Source: Podarcis filfolensis
Taxonomy: Eukaryota
Direction: 5' to 3' (one strand)
NCBI GenBank assembly: GCA_964270895.1
Contig: OZ185441.1
Length of the DNA: 64,000 nucleotides
Part shown: positions 47,687 through 60,499 of the stretch, one piece after another
How the letters are laid out: every line of letters starts with the position of its first letter
Numbering within the stretch: position 1 is the stretch's first letter
The notes under the pieces: model-generated
Told to the model about the DNA's origin: nothing
Databases searched by the model: none
The model's input: only the letters and a program-made list of their open reading frames with translations
Position numbers and translations under genes: made by a program

Positions 47687-48009
47687 TAAAGGTAAAGGGA
47701 CACCTGACCGTTAGGTCCAGTCGTGACCGACTCTGGGGTTGCGGCACTCATCTTGCTTTATTGGCCGAGGGAGCCAGCGTACAGTTTTTGGGTTATGTGG
47801 CCAGCATGACTAAGCCGCTTCTGGCCAACCAGAGCAGCGCACGGAAACGCCGTTTACCTTCCCACTTTGACGTGTTTTCGAACTGCTAGGTTGGCAGGAG
47901 CAGGGACCGAGCCACGGGAGCTCACCCCGTCACAGGGAATTGAACCGCTGACCTTCTGATCAGCAAGTCCTAGGCTCTGTGGTTTAACCCACAGTTCCAC
48001 TGGCATCCC
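47687..48009 (-). mobile_element. Sauria SINE
   Basis: 12-bp TSD gcactacacatg at 47675-47686 and 48010-48021. Confidence 0.92.
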
Positions 48010-50216
48010 GCACTACACATGAATAACATCTAAATAGGACTTTTTAACAAAACCAGTGGTAGGGAACATGTGGCCCTCCAGTTATTCTTGGACTCCAACT
48101 CCCTTCTCTAGCCAGCATGGTTAATGATTAGAAATAATGGAAGTTGTAGCCTAGCAACAACTCTTCCACCTCTGTTGTACATCTGTTCCTGGCATAATTT
48201 TATTTAACTTTAAAGCTGTACACAAGAGGTAAGGTTGTGCAGTATCATATATTTACCCTATCTTTCTTTCAATAGTTACACGGGTATTTCCCAGCAATTC
48301 AAAGCATGCATGATTAGAAGTAATGTCCATTCAGATTGGTGAGGTTTGCTTCTGAGTAAACATATGCAAGATTGGGAAGTATAGCCCATCATTTAAAAAA
48401 GAAACTGTTTGATTTCTTAAAAAACCTTCGCATTTTCTTTCTTTCCAAAGGGCAGGGATAAACCCTTAAGACGAGAAGTCCTCACCACTACTAGAAAGTG
48501 TGGACCTCTTCTAAGCTTCTGAATTTCATTATAAGTGAAATCCACTAAATAAATATTCACAGGATTTTATATTTAAAGTTTCTTCTCTCCTTTGATCTTC
48601 ATATGAGCAAACCTATGCTTTAACTGCTTGGAGGGAAATGTAAATATCCTGGATTAACCAAGATGGAACTTACAAGTAGCCTTTTTAAGCAATCAAGTTG
48701 ACAAAGGAAAATCAAGGTGCTCATTTATTATTTAATGTAAATATTTTAAGAATTAAATATTTCCACATCTCCGAAACCTCATATTTTATCCATTAAAGTC
48801 ACAAAGTCATTCTGTTACCAGATTTCCCCCTCTATAGTTGGCAATCTTGGCTCGGAATTCCAGAATCCATTAGAATGCATGAACAAATTTATTGGCATAT
48901 TGCATATGTTGAAGTCTTAGTTATCAATGAAGAGACAATCGTTTATACTCTGTGCTCCACTGTTCTGGAACTTCAACCTTTAGACCGAAGGACCACCTTC
49001 ATTCATATGAAACTCCCCACATGATGAAGACTTCATGTTGTGGGGTAGGTGGTTACTCAGGCCAGGGTATGGTTATTTTTTCATCAGGGGCCCTGAAACT
49101 CAGGATCACTGGTTAGAAATGCAAATACTGTAGCGTCTTACAGCAAATATATTTGGGATCTTCACAAAGGACATATGAAGGTCTCTTGCTCAGCTCCCAT
49201 TCATTTAAATGAATCCTTTGTTTGTGGATTGGGCCTCAATATGTTAACACTCGCCCAACCTCATGGTAGCCCTCTTTCAATCAACAACTGTGAAAATAAT
49301 AAATAAACAAACCCACAAATAAAGGTAAAGTGGGTGCATCACTGCCCACAAACAAAAATTTAAAGGTTGCATCTTTGTCCAGTCTCAATCACTGGGCTGG
49401 TCCCATGCAGTAAAAGTTGGTTTGACTTGTGCCAATGAAACACACCCTGGTATCCAAAGCATCCTAAAACTAAACTGGCTCTGTTGGTACCACATTGTGG
49501 AAAGCAGTTTTCCTTGATGAATAAGCAATGTTAACTTGTATTTTTGTTGAATTTTTAGTGCTTCAAAATCAGGAAAGCAAACGTCCTTCCATTTATATTT
49601 AGGTCCTGCTTTGAGCTGGGAATTGTACTCTATCCACCACATGCTCAAATTCTAGAATTCTGCGTCTGGTTTTTCTCAGCCTTGGTCTTCTAGCATCACA
49701 TAAAAACTCAATCAACTCAGCTTTAATATGCTTTGGGTTGAGTTGAGGGGAACGCTGAATTGCTACTAGGGACAGAAGGAATGAAAAGATCAAAGCATGA
49801 ATCAGCTGAGTGGGGATGCAGTGCCCATGTGCAGACTCCACCAGCCTCAACAGCCCCCCCCCACATTTTCCCTGCTAACCTACCAATGTGACTATATGGG
49901 CATGCAGGCAAGCCACACAAAGGACAGCTGCAAAGAATGGAAGATTTTCTGCATTCTTCCCTGTATGCCCATCCAACGATTGGTCTCTGGCCATGCAAGT
50001 TAGGGCTCGTCCACACTTGTCCCATGCTGAGAAAGCATGGATCTGAACAGTTTTCCCATTGCCCTGTTCCTTTCTGAGGGAAAACCCTCTCCTTTAGCTC
50101 TAAATCAGAGCAAATGTCAATCTGGACAACACCTGAATTGCCCTCTGCTCCAATTGAACACTAAACAGCGATTCTCTCTTAGGGAAAGCAGCATAACGAG
50201 AGGAAGTGTAGGTAAG

Positions 50217-50529
50217 CAGGGCAGTGTTTACCCCGGGGGTGCAAGGGGTGCGGGGCACCATGGCGCCGAATTCTGGGGGGTGCAAAATGTATAACTACTG
50301 TATACCGGTCCCTCTCGATCGGCAGCAGTGAAAAGCAATGAAGCGAAAGTCCCCGCCCTCGTCCTCCATTGCTCTGTTACTCTGTAGTGTCAAATATTCC
50401 CGAAGAAACAAAAGCAGTTTTTGTCAACAACTTTGGCTTCCCCCTCCCAAAAAAGCTCAATAAAAGTTAATTTGGGGGCGCTGGGCGGATCTTTGCACCC
50501 CAGCAGCACATATGCTAAAGACGGCCCTG
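50217..50529. mobile_element. hAT-type MITE (cagggc family)
   Basis: TIR cagggc..gccctg; 8-bp TSD taggtaag/tagataag. Confidence 0.8.
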
Positions 50530-51976
50530 TAGATAAGCATTCATTCTCCATCCCCTGCAATGTCCACATGCATTCATATGGGGAGTGGTTAAGAAGAGCA
50601 GGGCTCTCTTCCACCCAACTGCAGTTTTTATTTTATATTTGGCATGACTTTAGTTTGGACTTTGCTGTGTGAGGTGAACACATTAATTTTTTAAAAACCA
50701 TTTAATTTTCCTAAGTGGTGACTTTTCTAATTACACAGATAAAGCTGGGAAATACACTTACATCTACAAGCATAGATTTACATTCCTGGCTGCTGCTGCA
50801 AATATACACTCTGCACACACACACACCCAATCCATGGCTGATCAAATTTAAATAATGGCTGTTCTAGGATAAAAGTATTTAAGAGCGGCAATGGGATTCC
50901 TTTATATCTCAAAATCACCACTCAGATTTGTCATAATATTTGAGATAGTAAACCTAAGATCCTAAAGCCTTCTTAAATTGTTCTTCTGCAGTACAGCCAT
51001 TATTTACCTCCACAAGCAAATTTACTCACTATAATCTAAACAAGATATAATTTGAAATTGGCAGCAGACATCTAAAAGCATAATGCATTTTCAGTGGAGT
51101 TTGGCATTCTCATGCTGCACATCTAATTCCTCTCCCATCCCCAGAAGAGCAAAAGCAAACTATGAAATTCCTCTTTTCCATTCTGGGAGAATAATTGCAA
51201 CAATAAAATAGAAAGATTTCGGACCATTTTACCATGCATTATAAGTGGGGAACAAGCGTTCTTTCCTTCACAGCCAAGAAAGTAAAGAGTTCCACACTGC
51301 AATTTTTATCTTTATTGGTGAGGATGTACATTCCCTATGCAAATTGCACCACTGCCATTCAGATAAATGGTTACACCGAACCGAGAAGGACAGGACTAAT
51401 TTACGTCTGTCCATCTCTACAATCCTTTTAATGAATTTTACAAACAGAGGCCTGGATCCTGCCATGTTATATTATCACTTCAGCCACAACCCCATGGTTC
51501 TTTAATTAGTTTCCACGTAGTGTGGGAAGCTATGGTAATAAGAAGGACTTCTTTTTGAATGGCCACCATGCAAATCCATTGCTGCCCGCATTTCCTCTCT
51601 TTTTTCACAAGTGACAAGCCATTAAATACCTGAATTATTTTATTTGTCATTTCAGAATGTCTGCTTGGGCTTCGATGCCAGGAAACTAATGAAATAAGCT
51701 CTGGAAAAAGTTCAGATTTAATGAAAGCAAGCCTAATACGACAGATGAAGCTTGTACAATGTGATGCATTTTAGCTTAAAAGGCAGCAAGTCCAAGGATC
51801 ATGCAGCACTCTTGCCTGGAAAAAAATTCATGCATTGATAACATTTATTTAAAATATTTATATACCATCCTCCAGCCAAGCTTCCAGAGCCCTTTACAAA
51901 AGCAAGATACAAATAACAAAAAATCAAGCTCAGATAGAACAGCTCACAACATACTAAAAGAGCATTAGAGTTGAAA

Positions 51977-52041
51977 GCCTGGCGTGCTCTGGTCCATGAG
52001 GTCACGAAGAGTCGGACACGACTAAACGACTAAACAACAAC
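51977..52041 (+). mobile_element. 65-bp 3' stub of a Bov-B (RTE) LINE
   Basis: gcctggcgtgct..ggtcacgaagagtcggacacgactaaacgactaaacaacaac; 10-bp TSD agagttgaaa at 51967-51976 and 52042-52051. Confidence 0.85.
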
Positions 52042-52217
52042 AGAGTTGAAAATACAGGGGGGGAAATCACCTGCTGAATCTTCTTGGAGACGGAGTCCAC
52101 CATTGAAGAGTTGAAGATAGAATCAGACCACCACCCCTGTAGGGGGGAAACACTGCAATTCCAAACTTCATCAGGTGTCTGACCATGACAATGGATATAT
52201 TTTAACTATTTCCAAAC

Positions 52218-54330
52218 TAGAATCATAGAATCATAGAGTTGGAAGAGACCACAAGGGCCAGCGAGTCCAACCCCCTGCCAAGCAGGAAACACCATCAGAG
52301 CACTCCTGACATATGGTTGTCAAGCCTCTGCTTAAAGACCTCCAAAGAAGGAGACTCCACCACACTCCTTGGCAGCAAATTCCACTGTCGAACAGCTCTT
52401 ACTGTCAGGAAGTTCTTCCTAATGTTTAGGTGGAATCTTCTTTCTTGTAGTTTGGAACCATTGCTCCATGTCCGCTTCTCTGGAGCAGCAGAAAACAACC
52501 TTTCTCCCTCCTCTATGTGACATCCTTTTATATATTTGAACATGGCTATCATATCACCCCTTAATCTCCTCTTCTCCAGGCTAAACATGCTCAGCTCCCT
52601 TAGCCGTTCCTCATAAGGCATTGTTTCCAGGCCTTTGACCATTTTGGTTGCCCTCCTCTGGACACGTTCCAGTTTGTCAGTGTCCTTCTTGAACTGTGGT
52701 GCCCAGAACTGGACACAGTACTCCAGGTGAGGTCTGACCAGAGCAGAATACAGTGGCACTATTACTTCCCTTGATCTAGATGCTATACTCCTATTGATGC
52801 AACCCAGAATTGCATTGGCTTTTTTAGCTGCCGCGTCACACTGTTGGCTCATGTCAAGTTTGTGGTCAACCAAGACTCCTAGATCCTTTTCACATGTACT
52901 GCTCTCAAGCCAGGTGTCACCCATCTTGTATTTGTGCCTCTCATTTTTTTTGCCCAAGTGCAATACTTTACATTTCTCCCTGTTAAAATTCATCTTGTTT
53001 GTTTTGGCCCAGTTCTCTATTCTGTCAAGGTCGTTTTGAAGTGTGATCCTGTCCTCTGGGGTGTTAGCCACCCCTCCCAGTTTGGTGTCATCTGCAAATT
53101 TGATCAGGATGCCCTTGAGTCCATCATCCAAGTCGTTGATAAAGATGTTGAATAAGACCGGGCCCAAGACAGAACCCTGTGGCACCCCACTAGTCACTCT
53201 TCTCCAGGATGAAGAGGAACCATTGATGAGCACCCTTTGGGTTTGGTCAGTCAGCCAGTTACAAATCCACTGAGTGGTAGCATAGTCAAGACCGCATTTT
53301 ACCAGCTTCTTTACAAGAATATCGTGGGGCACCTTGTCAAATGCCTTGCTGAAATCAAGGTAGGCTACATCCACTGCGTTCCTTTCATCTACCAGGCTTG
53401 TAATTCTGTCAAAAAACGAGATCAGGTTAGTCTGACATGACTTATTTTTCAGAAATCCATGCTGACTATTGGTGATCACAGCATTCCTTTCTAGGTGCTC
53501 ACAGACTGTTTGCTTAATGATCTGCTCCAGAATCTTCCCTGGTATTGATGTCAGACTGACTGGGCGGTAATTATTTGGGTCCTCTCTTTTCCCCTTTTTG
53601 AAAATAGGGACAACATTTGCCCTCCTCCAGTCTGCCGGGACTTCGCCTGTTCTCCAGGAATTCTCAAAGATGACTGCCAGTGGTTCTGAGATCACATCTG
53701 CCAGTTCTTTTAATATTCTTGGATGCAGTTCATCTGGCCCTGGAGACTTGAATACATCTAGACTAGCCAAGTATTCTTGTACTATCTCCTTAGTTATTCT
53801 GGGCTGTGTTTCCTCTGCTGAATCATTTGCTCCAAATTCTTCAGGTCGGGCATTGTTTTCTTTATCGGAGAAGACTGAGGCAAAGAAGGCATTGAGGAGT
53901 TCAGCCCTTTTTGTGTCCCCTGCTTGCATTTCACCATCTTCTCCTCTGAGTGACCCCACTGTTTCTTTGTTCTTCCTTTTGCTACGAACATACCCATAAA
54001 AGCCTTTTTTGTTGCTTTTAACCTCTCTAGCAAGCCTGAGTTCATTCTGTGCTTTAGCTTTTCTGACTTTGTGTCTACACGTGCTGGCTATTTGTTTGAA
54101 TTCCTCTTTGGTGGTTTCCCTGCTTTTCCATTTTTTGTACACATCCTTTTTTAATCTTAACTCAGTTAAAAGTTCTTTAGATAGCCACCCTGGCTTCTTT
54201 AGGCACCTCCCATGTTTCCATCTCATTGGTATTGCCTGAAGTTGTGCTTTTACTATCTCCCTCTTAACAAACTCCCAGCCATCATGAACTCCCTTTCCGT
54301 TTAGTATTACTGTCCATGGGATCTCACCCA
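52218..54330 (-). mobile_element. CR1 LINE, 5'-truncated, young
   Basis: The 3' terminus is the CR1-type repeat (tagaatca)n on + at 52218; the RT ORF is open; there is no endonuclease domain. Confidence 0.95.
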
Positions 54331-54340
54331 TCTCACCCAA
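52295..54340 (-). CDS. CR1 ORF2 reverse transcriptase domain and C-terminus (681 aa, N-terminally truncated)
   Basis: Motifs [57 protein letters not shown]; no internal stop. Confidence 0.93.
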   Translation of the reverse strand: MGEMGEIPWTVILNGKGVHDGWEFVKREIVKAQLQAIPMRWKHGRCLKKPGWLSKELLTELRLKKDVYKKWKSRETTKEEFKQIASTCRHKVRKAKAQNELRLAREVKSNKKGFYGYVRSKRKNKETVGSLRGEDGEMQAGDTKRAELLNAFFASVFSDKENNARPEEFGANDSAEETQPRITKEIVQEYLASLDVFKSPGPDELHPRILKELADVISEPLAVIFENSWRTGEVPADWRRANVVPIFKKGKREDPNNYRPVSLTSIPGKILEQIIKQTVCEHLERNAVITNSQHGFLKNKSCQTNLISFFDRITSLVDERNAVDVAYLDFSKAFDKVPHDILVKKLVKCGLDYATTQWICNWLTDQTQRVLINGSSSSWRRVTSGVPQGSVLGPVLFNIFINDLDDGLKGILIKFADDTKLGGVANTPEDRITLQNDLDRIENWAKTNKMNFNREKCKVLHLGKKNERHKYKMGDTWLESSTCEKDLGVLVDHKLDMSQQCDAAAKKANAILGCINRSIASRSREVIVPLYSALVRPHLEYCVQFWAPQFKKDTDKLERVQRRATKMVKGLETMPYEERLRELSMFSLEKRRLRGDMIAMFKYIKGCHIEEGERLFSAAPEKRTWSNGSKLQERRFHLNIRKNFLTVRAVRQWNLLPRSVVESPSLEVFKQRLDNHMSGVL

Positions 54341-54825
54341 CTACCTCACCCATCTCACCCAACTACCTCTTTCACATCCCAAGCCAGATACCAAATTGAG
54401 GGGGTGACCTGCTCTATGTGTTGGGTTGATGACAAATGGAGACAGCCACGACACAACCACATACTCTGTAACCTCACACCCGACTAACACACATATGCAT
54501 ATACCACACAAACGCTCCTTAGTGCCTTGTGTAATGTTGACAACAATAACATTTGAATGGTACTCTGAGAGTTAAAAGCGAGCTGCATCCATCTCCTTTC
54601 AGACTTCAGACATTTAAGAGAATCAACATCTCCTGGTCTGGAAAGTATTTAGAATTCTTCTTCACACACACACCCCACTATCTCTCACTCAGGGTACCCA
54701 AATCACCACTCCCAGGTCCTCCCAGCTTTCACTTAGGGATCCTCACTCACACAATTTTACAACCACTCAGGACATATTGCATTTGCCTCATGATTCCCTT
54801 GAATGTCTGAAGCTTGAAGGAGATG

Positions 54826-55259
54826 TGTCAGGGAACTGCCATCGGAGCCAGAGGGAGAGGGAGGGCTCCAGAGGGGTTCCGGAGAGCGTCCCGGGAGGGA
54901 GAGAAGCAGCCCATCTTCTGGGGAAGGAAATCAGCGTAGCACCAGTGGAGAAGGGGGGCAGATGGGGGAATCGGCGAGGTGGCTCCATGACTCCTCGCCG
55001 GAGACCAGCGGGGAGAGCACGGGTCCTCCGCTGCCCACACCCACCCTGCGCAGAAGGCTTCCGCGCAGGGAGAGTAGGCGGAGACTTGGCGTCAAAGAGC
55101 TTCTTTGCTGGAAGAAGTTCAAGAAACGCCCACTGACGGATTCTGCCAGCGATTGAGACAGCCACGGGTGAGTGGCTGTCCGGACAGAAAGGGTTCACCC
55201 AGGTAACCCAGCCAGGTGTGGCGTCAATTTACGCACGAGCAACCCCTAGAACCATTACA
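54826..55259 (+). mobile_element. Solo LTR
   Basis: tgtca..ttaca termini; TSD AGATG at 54821-54825 and 55260-55264; CpG-rich. Confidence 0.82.
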
Positions 55260-55568
55260 AGATGGATGTTCCATAGTTTGCTTCTAATGCCACAATTCTC
55301 TCAGATCTTGGTTATTTATAAAGGGAAACCATAAGCAGCCACCTCCAAGTACCAGTTCAGTGTTATTGTTGCCAACAATACACAATGAATTATATCGAGA
55401 GGTGCTGACACTGCTGCCTCCAAACAGACAGAATATCATTTTCATATGAATGCCAGTTGGAAAGCTTAAGTATTGCAGTCGCTGCCTTTTCCACCAATCT
55501 GTTTTAGTACAAGGGTGAATTGTTATTTCTATCCCATCATAAGGAAATATTATGTCAAAATTTTATAG

Positions 55569-56113
55569 CGTTATGGGTTTGCGGGTGCCAGACTCCTCTA
55601 AATTCCTTGCTGCAGTAGGTATTTGAATTTAATCAAAGCTTGGGGAGTTAAACAAGATGCCAGACACCTAATCCCTAGACTCAGCTTTTCTTGTTCAGAA
55701 GATTGCCTGCAAGATGGGCCATTAAGAAAGCCAAGGAGAGGAGGCTCCGAGCCAGTCAGCAACTGAGTGGGGCCCCTCCTCCAGCTCTGAGATAGTTGGA
55801 AGAACAAAATCCAGAGTTGCGAGTTGGCTGTGATGTGACCTGGGCTGGCTGGGGGGGGGGGGGAGGTTGCAGGCTGGAAAAGGCAGAGAGAGAGTGCACA
55901 GTGTTTCATGTCTGTTTGAATCCAAGGCTGTGGGTATGAGGCCCTTTTAAGGTATTAATGCTGTGAGCCCCTCCATTGTAGGCTTAGGTTATACTGTATA
56001 TGTGTGTAAATAAACCATATATCATAAAGACACCACAGTCTCTGCTGTGCCTCATTTCCATTGAGGTGGTATACTTGTTTTTTCCAGTTTAACTGAGAAT
56101 ATTCTGGAATACA
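55569..56113 (+). mobile_element. Possible LTR fragment
   Basis: LTR-like composition with aataaa near 56009; no TSD found; boundaries approximate. Confidence 0.35.
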
Positions 56114-56299
56114 TGTGAACATCTTATCAGAATAAGGGCGGGTGGCCTTAAATATATTTTTGGGGCAGTTAACAATCTTATTATTTGATCTTAACTAGTT
56201 GGATGCAATAACATTTTCAGTTTTTTCAATCCTATAAGACAAAGCCAACCTTCTTGCTTCTGAATTTGTCCCTGAAATGCATGCTTTTCTTTCCCCTGC

Positions 56300-56420
56300 A
56301 CACCTCACCAGGGAGGTCATCCCACAAACAGGGAACTGCCACTGAGAAGGCCCTGTCACTGGTCAATGCTAACTGGGTAGTGCCAAGTAGTGGCACCACC
56401 AAGGGCCTATCCTGGGAATC
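56300..56420 (-). mobile_element. L2-clade fragment
   Basis: RAFSVAVPCLWDDLP motif in the minus-strand ORF. Confidence 0.6.
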
Positions 56421-59094
56421 ATAGAGCCTAAGGTGGTTTATATCAGAGTAGGTACTCCTACTGTAGCATTTCGTAAAGGCCCACTTCACATTAGCAGTAT
56501 TTTTTTTCTTCCAAAATAGGTGATATTTTTGGTGTATATTGTTGCTGGTGGATAAAGATTACTGGTGCAGTAGCCTTTCCTATCCTTGCTATACATTCCT
56601 TTAGGTTACTATAATTTTAATCCTATTAATTTTGCGGTCCAGGACTGATCAAAAATTCTCTAGACCACAGCCAATTAATTTTAGCTGCTATGCGCTTTGT
56701 TGCATTAATTCTAAATGCTCATTTTCTTTTTTCTAGCTTTTACAAACCATAGCACAAAAGATATCTGCATTTCTTTGTTGCTCTACAGATGGCAGCTGCT
56801 GTGTAAGGCATGAAATGTAGCTTAAGATTTTTCAGAGCAAAACTATGCCCAAAGAATTTTCTTGTTTATAACTGTATACCCAAGCAATTGCACTGAGGCA
56901 GGCTGTTCAAGGGGGAAATGTTGATGTGCCATTGGTCTTGTAAAGAGTTGATAACATCAAGCAGTTAAGGGGTTGTTCTATATAAAGTTGACTTGGTTCA
57001 GCATTGACTTGAAATTCCTGAGGACTTCAGATCACAATGCTTTTTGGAATATAACTGATATGAATAATTATTTGAATAAGGTCTTGTAATATGCTGAACT
57101 CATCCCTTGCCCCAATCCATTCTCCAAGAGTAGCAATTAAAGAAACTTGGTAATATGAGCAGCCTGATCCTATCCATGTTTACGTCAAAGAAAGTTCCAC
57201 TGAATTTAATGAAACTTATTGCCCCTGTTTTCTTTGTTAGCCATTTTGCATTTTAATGGCAGAGAAAGGGGAGATATAAATTTTATTATAAATGTACATA
57301 AGTGTGTATAGGATTTCAGTAAAGAATCCAGACGTTTTTGTAAGATGAAAATCTCTTGTGCAATTATCTTTATCACTGCATATTCTATGTTATGTTGTAT
57401 CATATTGGTAATGTTTTGAGGATACTTGTGAAATAATTGGGAGAATATGCATGTGCTGATTGTGCCTGTTTTCATTATTGCCACTTTGAAAACCTGTGAC
57501 ATTCAGGCAGTGGTGACACCACACACACACGATAGTGGTGGGCAGAAAGGGCAAAGCATATTTCTAGATGGGAAAGTTGTGTCCCACATGTTAAGATCTC
57601 TGAAAGAAAAATAACAGTTTATGTTAATGATGGGAGTCCAGTAATGGGAAGCAAGTATGGGGTGGGGGGCAAGCTCCTTGTTTGGAAGGACACTTGCCCC
57701 CTGCCCTCCATCTGGTACCATTCATGCATTCAGGAACGCATAACAAGTCATGTAACAAAACTGTCTGAAAGTTCAATTGTGGCACCAGTCTGAGTATCAG
57801 ATTGGCAAGACATTTTAGTCTACTGAGTCTACTCCATTCCTCTGATGTATTTATTCTGCAGAAGTGCTTTAACAGTCCTAGCTGGCCTGCATCTACTTTT
57901 GAGTTATGCAAAGTATATAGCTTCTAAAATGTCACATGCTGATTGAGATATGTCAGCAATCTGCAAAACCATTTTCCCCCTTGAAGATTCAAGATATGAT
58001 TAGGGAAGAGTGAAATTTCCCTTCAAGATTACATGCATTGCTGTTTCAAGTGGTGAATAATCTCCTACTTACTCTACCATATGAGAATGATATAAAATTC
58101 TGAGTGATTGTGCTCATATATGTTATTTTAGAGAGCAGCTTCAGCTGAGATGGTGCCTTCAATTGGCTCAATCCACCTACCTTCAACTCCCTGCAATTCA
58201 TTTTGCTGGTGCTTATTTCCAAGCAGGGCTTAATGGTTTGTACCAGGGGCAACTAAAATTTAAACAAAACAAAAAAATTAAAACCCCTGAGGCTCAAGTG
58301 TGTTTATTATGAAAAACTGTGGAAAAATTGATCATTTAGTTCTATGTTTGCTACATGCTGTTAAGCAATACAATGTAAATTGGAATCTGAAAAGTAAAAT
58401 ATCCTTTGTTGGAAATTTAATATCATTTCTGCACCAGTTTCATATATTTCCTAGACTTTATGGGCAAAGATGTTTTCTGATGCTATTTTAAGTTTTCTGT
58501 TGAAGGTATATAAAAAGACCTGAAGATGATTTAAGATAAACATCACTTCCCATAGTATACCTATGTATAATTTTTCTCTCAGCATCACGACCAGTCAAAT
58601 AAGTTTTACAGGGTTTCCAAAACAATGCAAAAACCCAGGTGGCCTATTGACTAGAGGCAAAAGTTGAATTTGTGTACATAGGTCATGTGACTACCCCTCT
58701 CTTATCCTGAACCTTAGCCAAAAACAGACTTAATTTCCTCCAAAACTTATCCTTTACTTAATAGTCTCTCTGGAATCCCGGCTGGAACAAGATCTTAACA
58801 AGGAATTTAAGGGCATCATCGCTGAATCATAAACACACACAAAAACCAATACCTGACTTTTTAAAATACATTTTGGTATCATCCAGGTTTCTGTACTTGG
58901 CTAAATTCAGGGTCTGGAAACCAGAAGGTAGGAAAGAGCCCCTGCTGCTTTAAAGCTGAAATCCACTGTGGCAGATGGTGGAGATACTCTGGGGGAGGAA
59001 GGGGTAAAGAAGGCAGCATTTTTTGCACCTCATGCGGCTGCATGAAAGCTATAGTCTCGACACTGTGCTTGTAAGAATGTAGCTGTAATATACA

Positions 59095-59358
59095 CCGTAT
59101 TGGCCTGAATATAAGCCTCACCTTTTTTCCAAATTCTAACTGTGAAAAGCTAAAGTGTGGCTTAAATTTGCAACCTTACAAAAACTGGCTTTTACAATAC
59201 AGTGGTACCTCGAGTTAAGTACTTAATTCGTTCCGGAGGTCTGTTCTTAACCTGTAGCTGTTCTTAACCTGAAGCACCACTTTAGCTAATGGGGCCTCCC
59301 GTTGAATTTTAAAGGTGCGGCTTATATTCGGGTGTGGCTTATATTCAGGCCAATACAG
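59095..59358. mobile_element. CCGTA-type TIR MITE containing a truncated copy (59200-59301) of the cagtggtacc MITE
   Basis: Outer TIR ccgtattggcctgaatataagcc / ggcttatattcaggccaatacag; the inner element has only its left TIR. Confidence 0.8.
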
Positions 59359-59507
59359 TATTATTTTCTCCTAATCTGGGTGAGGGTGATTGTGCATGTC
59401 TTCCTTCTACCCAGCCAGCAGCCTGCCAGTCCAGAGGATGCCATTTTAGTGGTAACAGTAATTGACCAGTTTTGCATCTAAAGGTGCTTTGAGATCAGTG
59501 TGTTTTA

Positions 59508-59803
59508 CAGGGCTGTCTTAAGCATATGCGGCGCCGGGGTGCAAAGATCGACCTGGCGCCCCCCCCCCCAGGTGCACAGGAGGGCAGAGTTGGCTGGCCG
59601 CCTCAGCGTCTCACTGGCTTGGTCACCCCCAAACTTGTGGTGCAGAGCTGCCTGCAGCAGTAGAGCCCGCCTCGGCGCTCCAACCAACTGGTGGGCTCTT
59701 CCCCAGATTCAACTTTCGGGCCCCAGACTCTTGGCCTTGCGTCCCTGAGAGCCCAGCACCCGGGTGCCCCACACCCCTAGCACCTATGGGTAAGACGGCC
59801 CTG
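59508..59803. mobile_element. hAT-type MITE (cagggc family), opposite orientation
   Basis: TIR cagggctgtctta/taagacggccctg; 8-bp TSD gtgtttta/gtgttgta. Confidence 0.8.
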
Positions 59804-60468
59804 GTGTTGTATTTCTAATAGGTTGTTCAGGTGCGATTTTTCTCTGTGCATGTTTGACACATTAGCTTCCACGCATTCCTTTTTTAGCTTCCGTTTTTTT
59901 CAGCCACAAATACCCATTATTGCTATTCTTCTGAATTTCATCAACAGCAGCGCGGGGGATCTTTACCTAATGTATCCAGGATTGGAGGGGGAGGAGGGCT
60001 CCCTTCAGTTATTCTCCCCTGCCGTCCTCTACCCTTTTCTATTCTGAGCAGGCATACAGGTATTTCTGTATCTGTGCACACGGACCTTTAAAAAATAAAA
60101 TAAAATCCAAGGATGGTGTGAAGGAGCAAATGTTACCAGTCCTAGTTATGTTTCATAATGGGCAAATTGGAGACTTCTGCTTGAGGGGGGAGGGATATAA
60201 TGTGGGCTTCTAGAAACAAGAATGTGCTCAAATGACAAGTAAACAGAAGCACAGATGAGATGAGAGAGGCCACCCACCGAAGGCGTCACCATGCAAGCCA
60301 CCCACAAACTACCCCCACACACAATGCACTAGCAAGCTTCCAGGTTAGCAGTGAATGCAGGTTATAATGGGTTGTTTTTATATTTGGTTTTTGCAGTAAG
60401 GGAAATCCATGTTATTATAATGACTAGCATTTTGATAGTGACAATGTGCACAAGCTGCAAAAAAAGCA

Positions 60469-60499
<31 letters not shown>

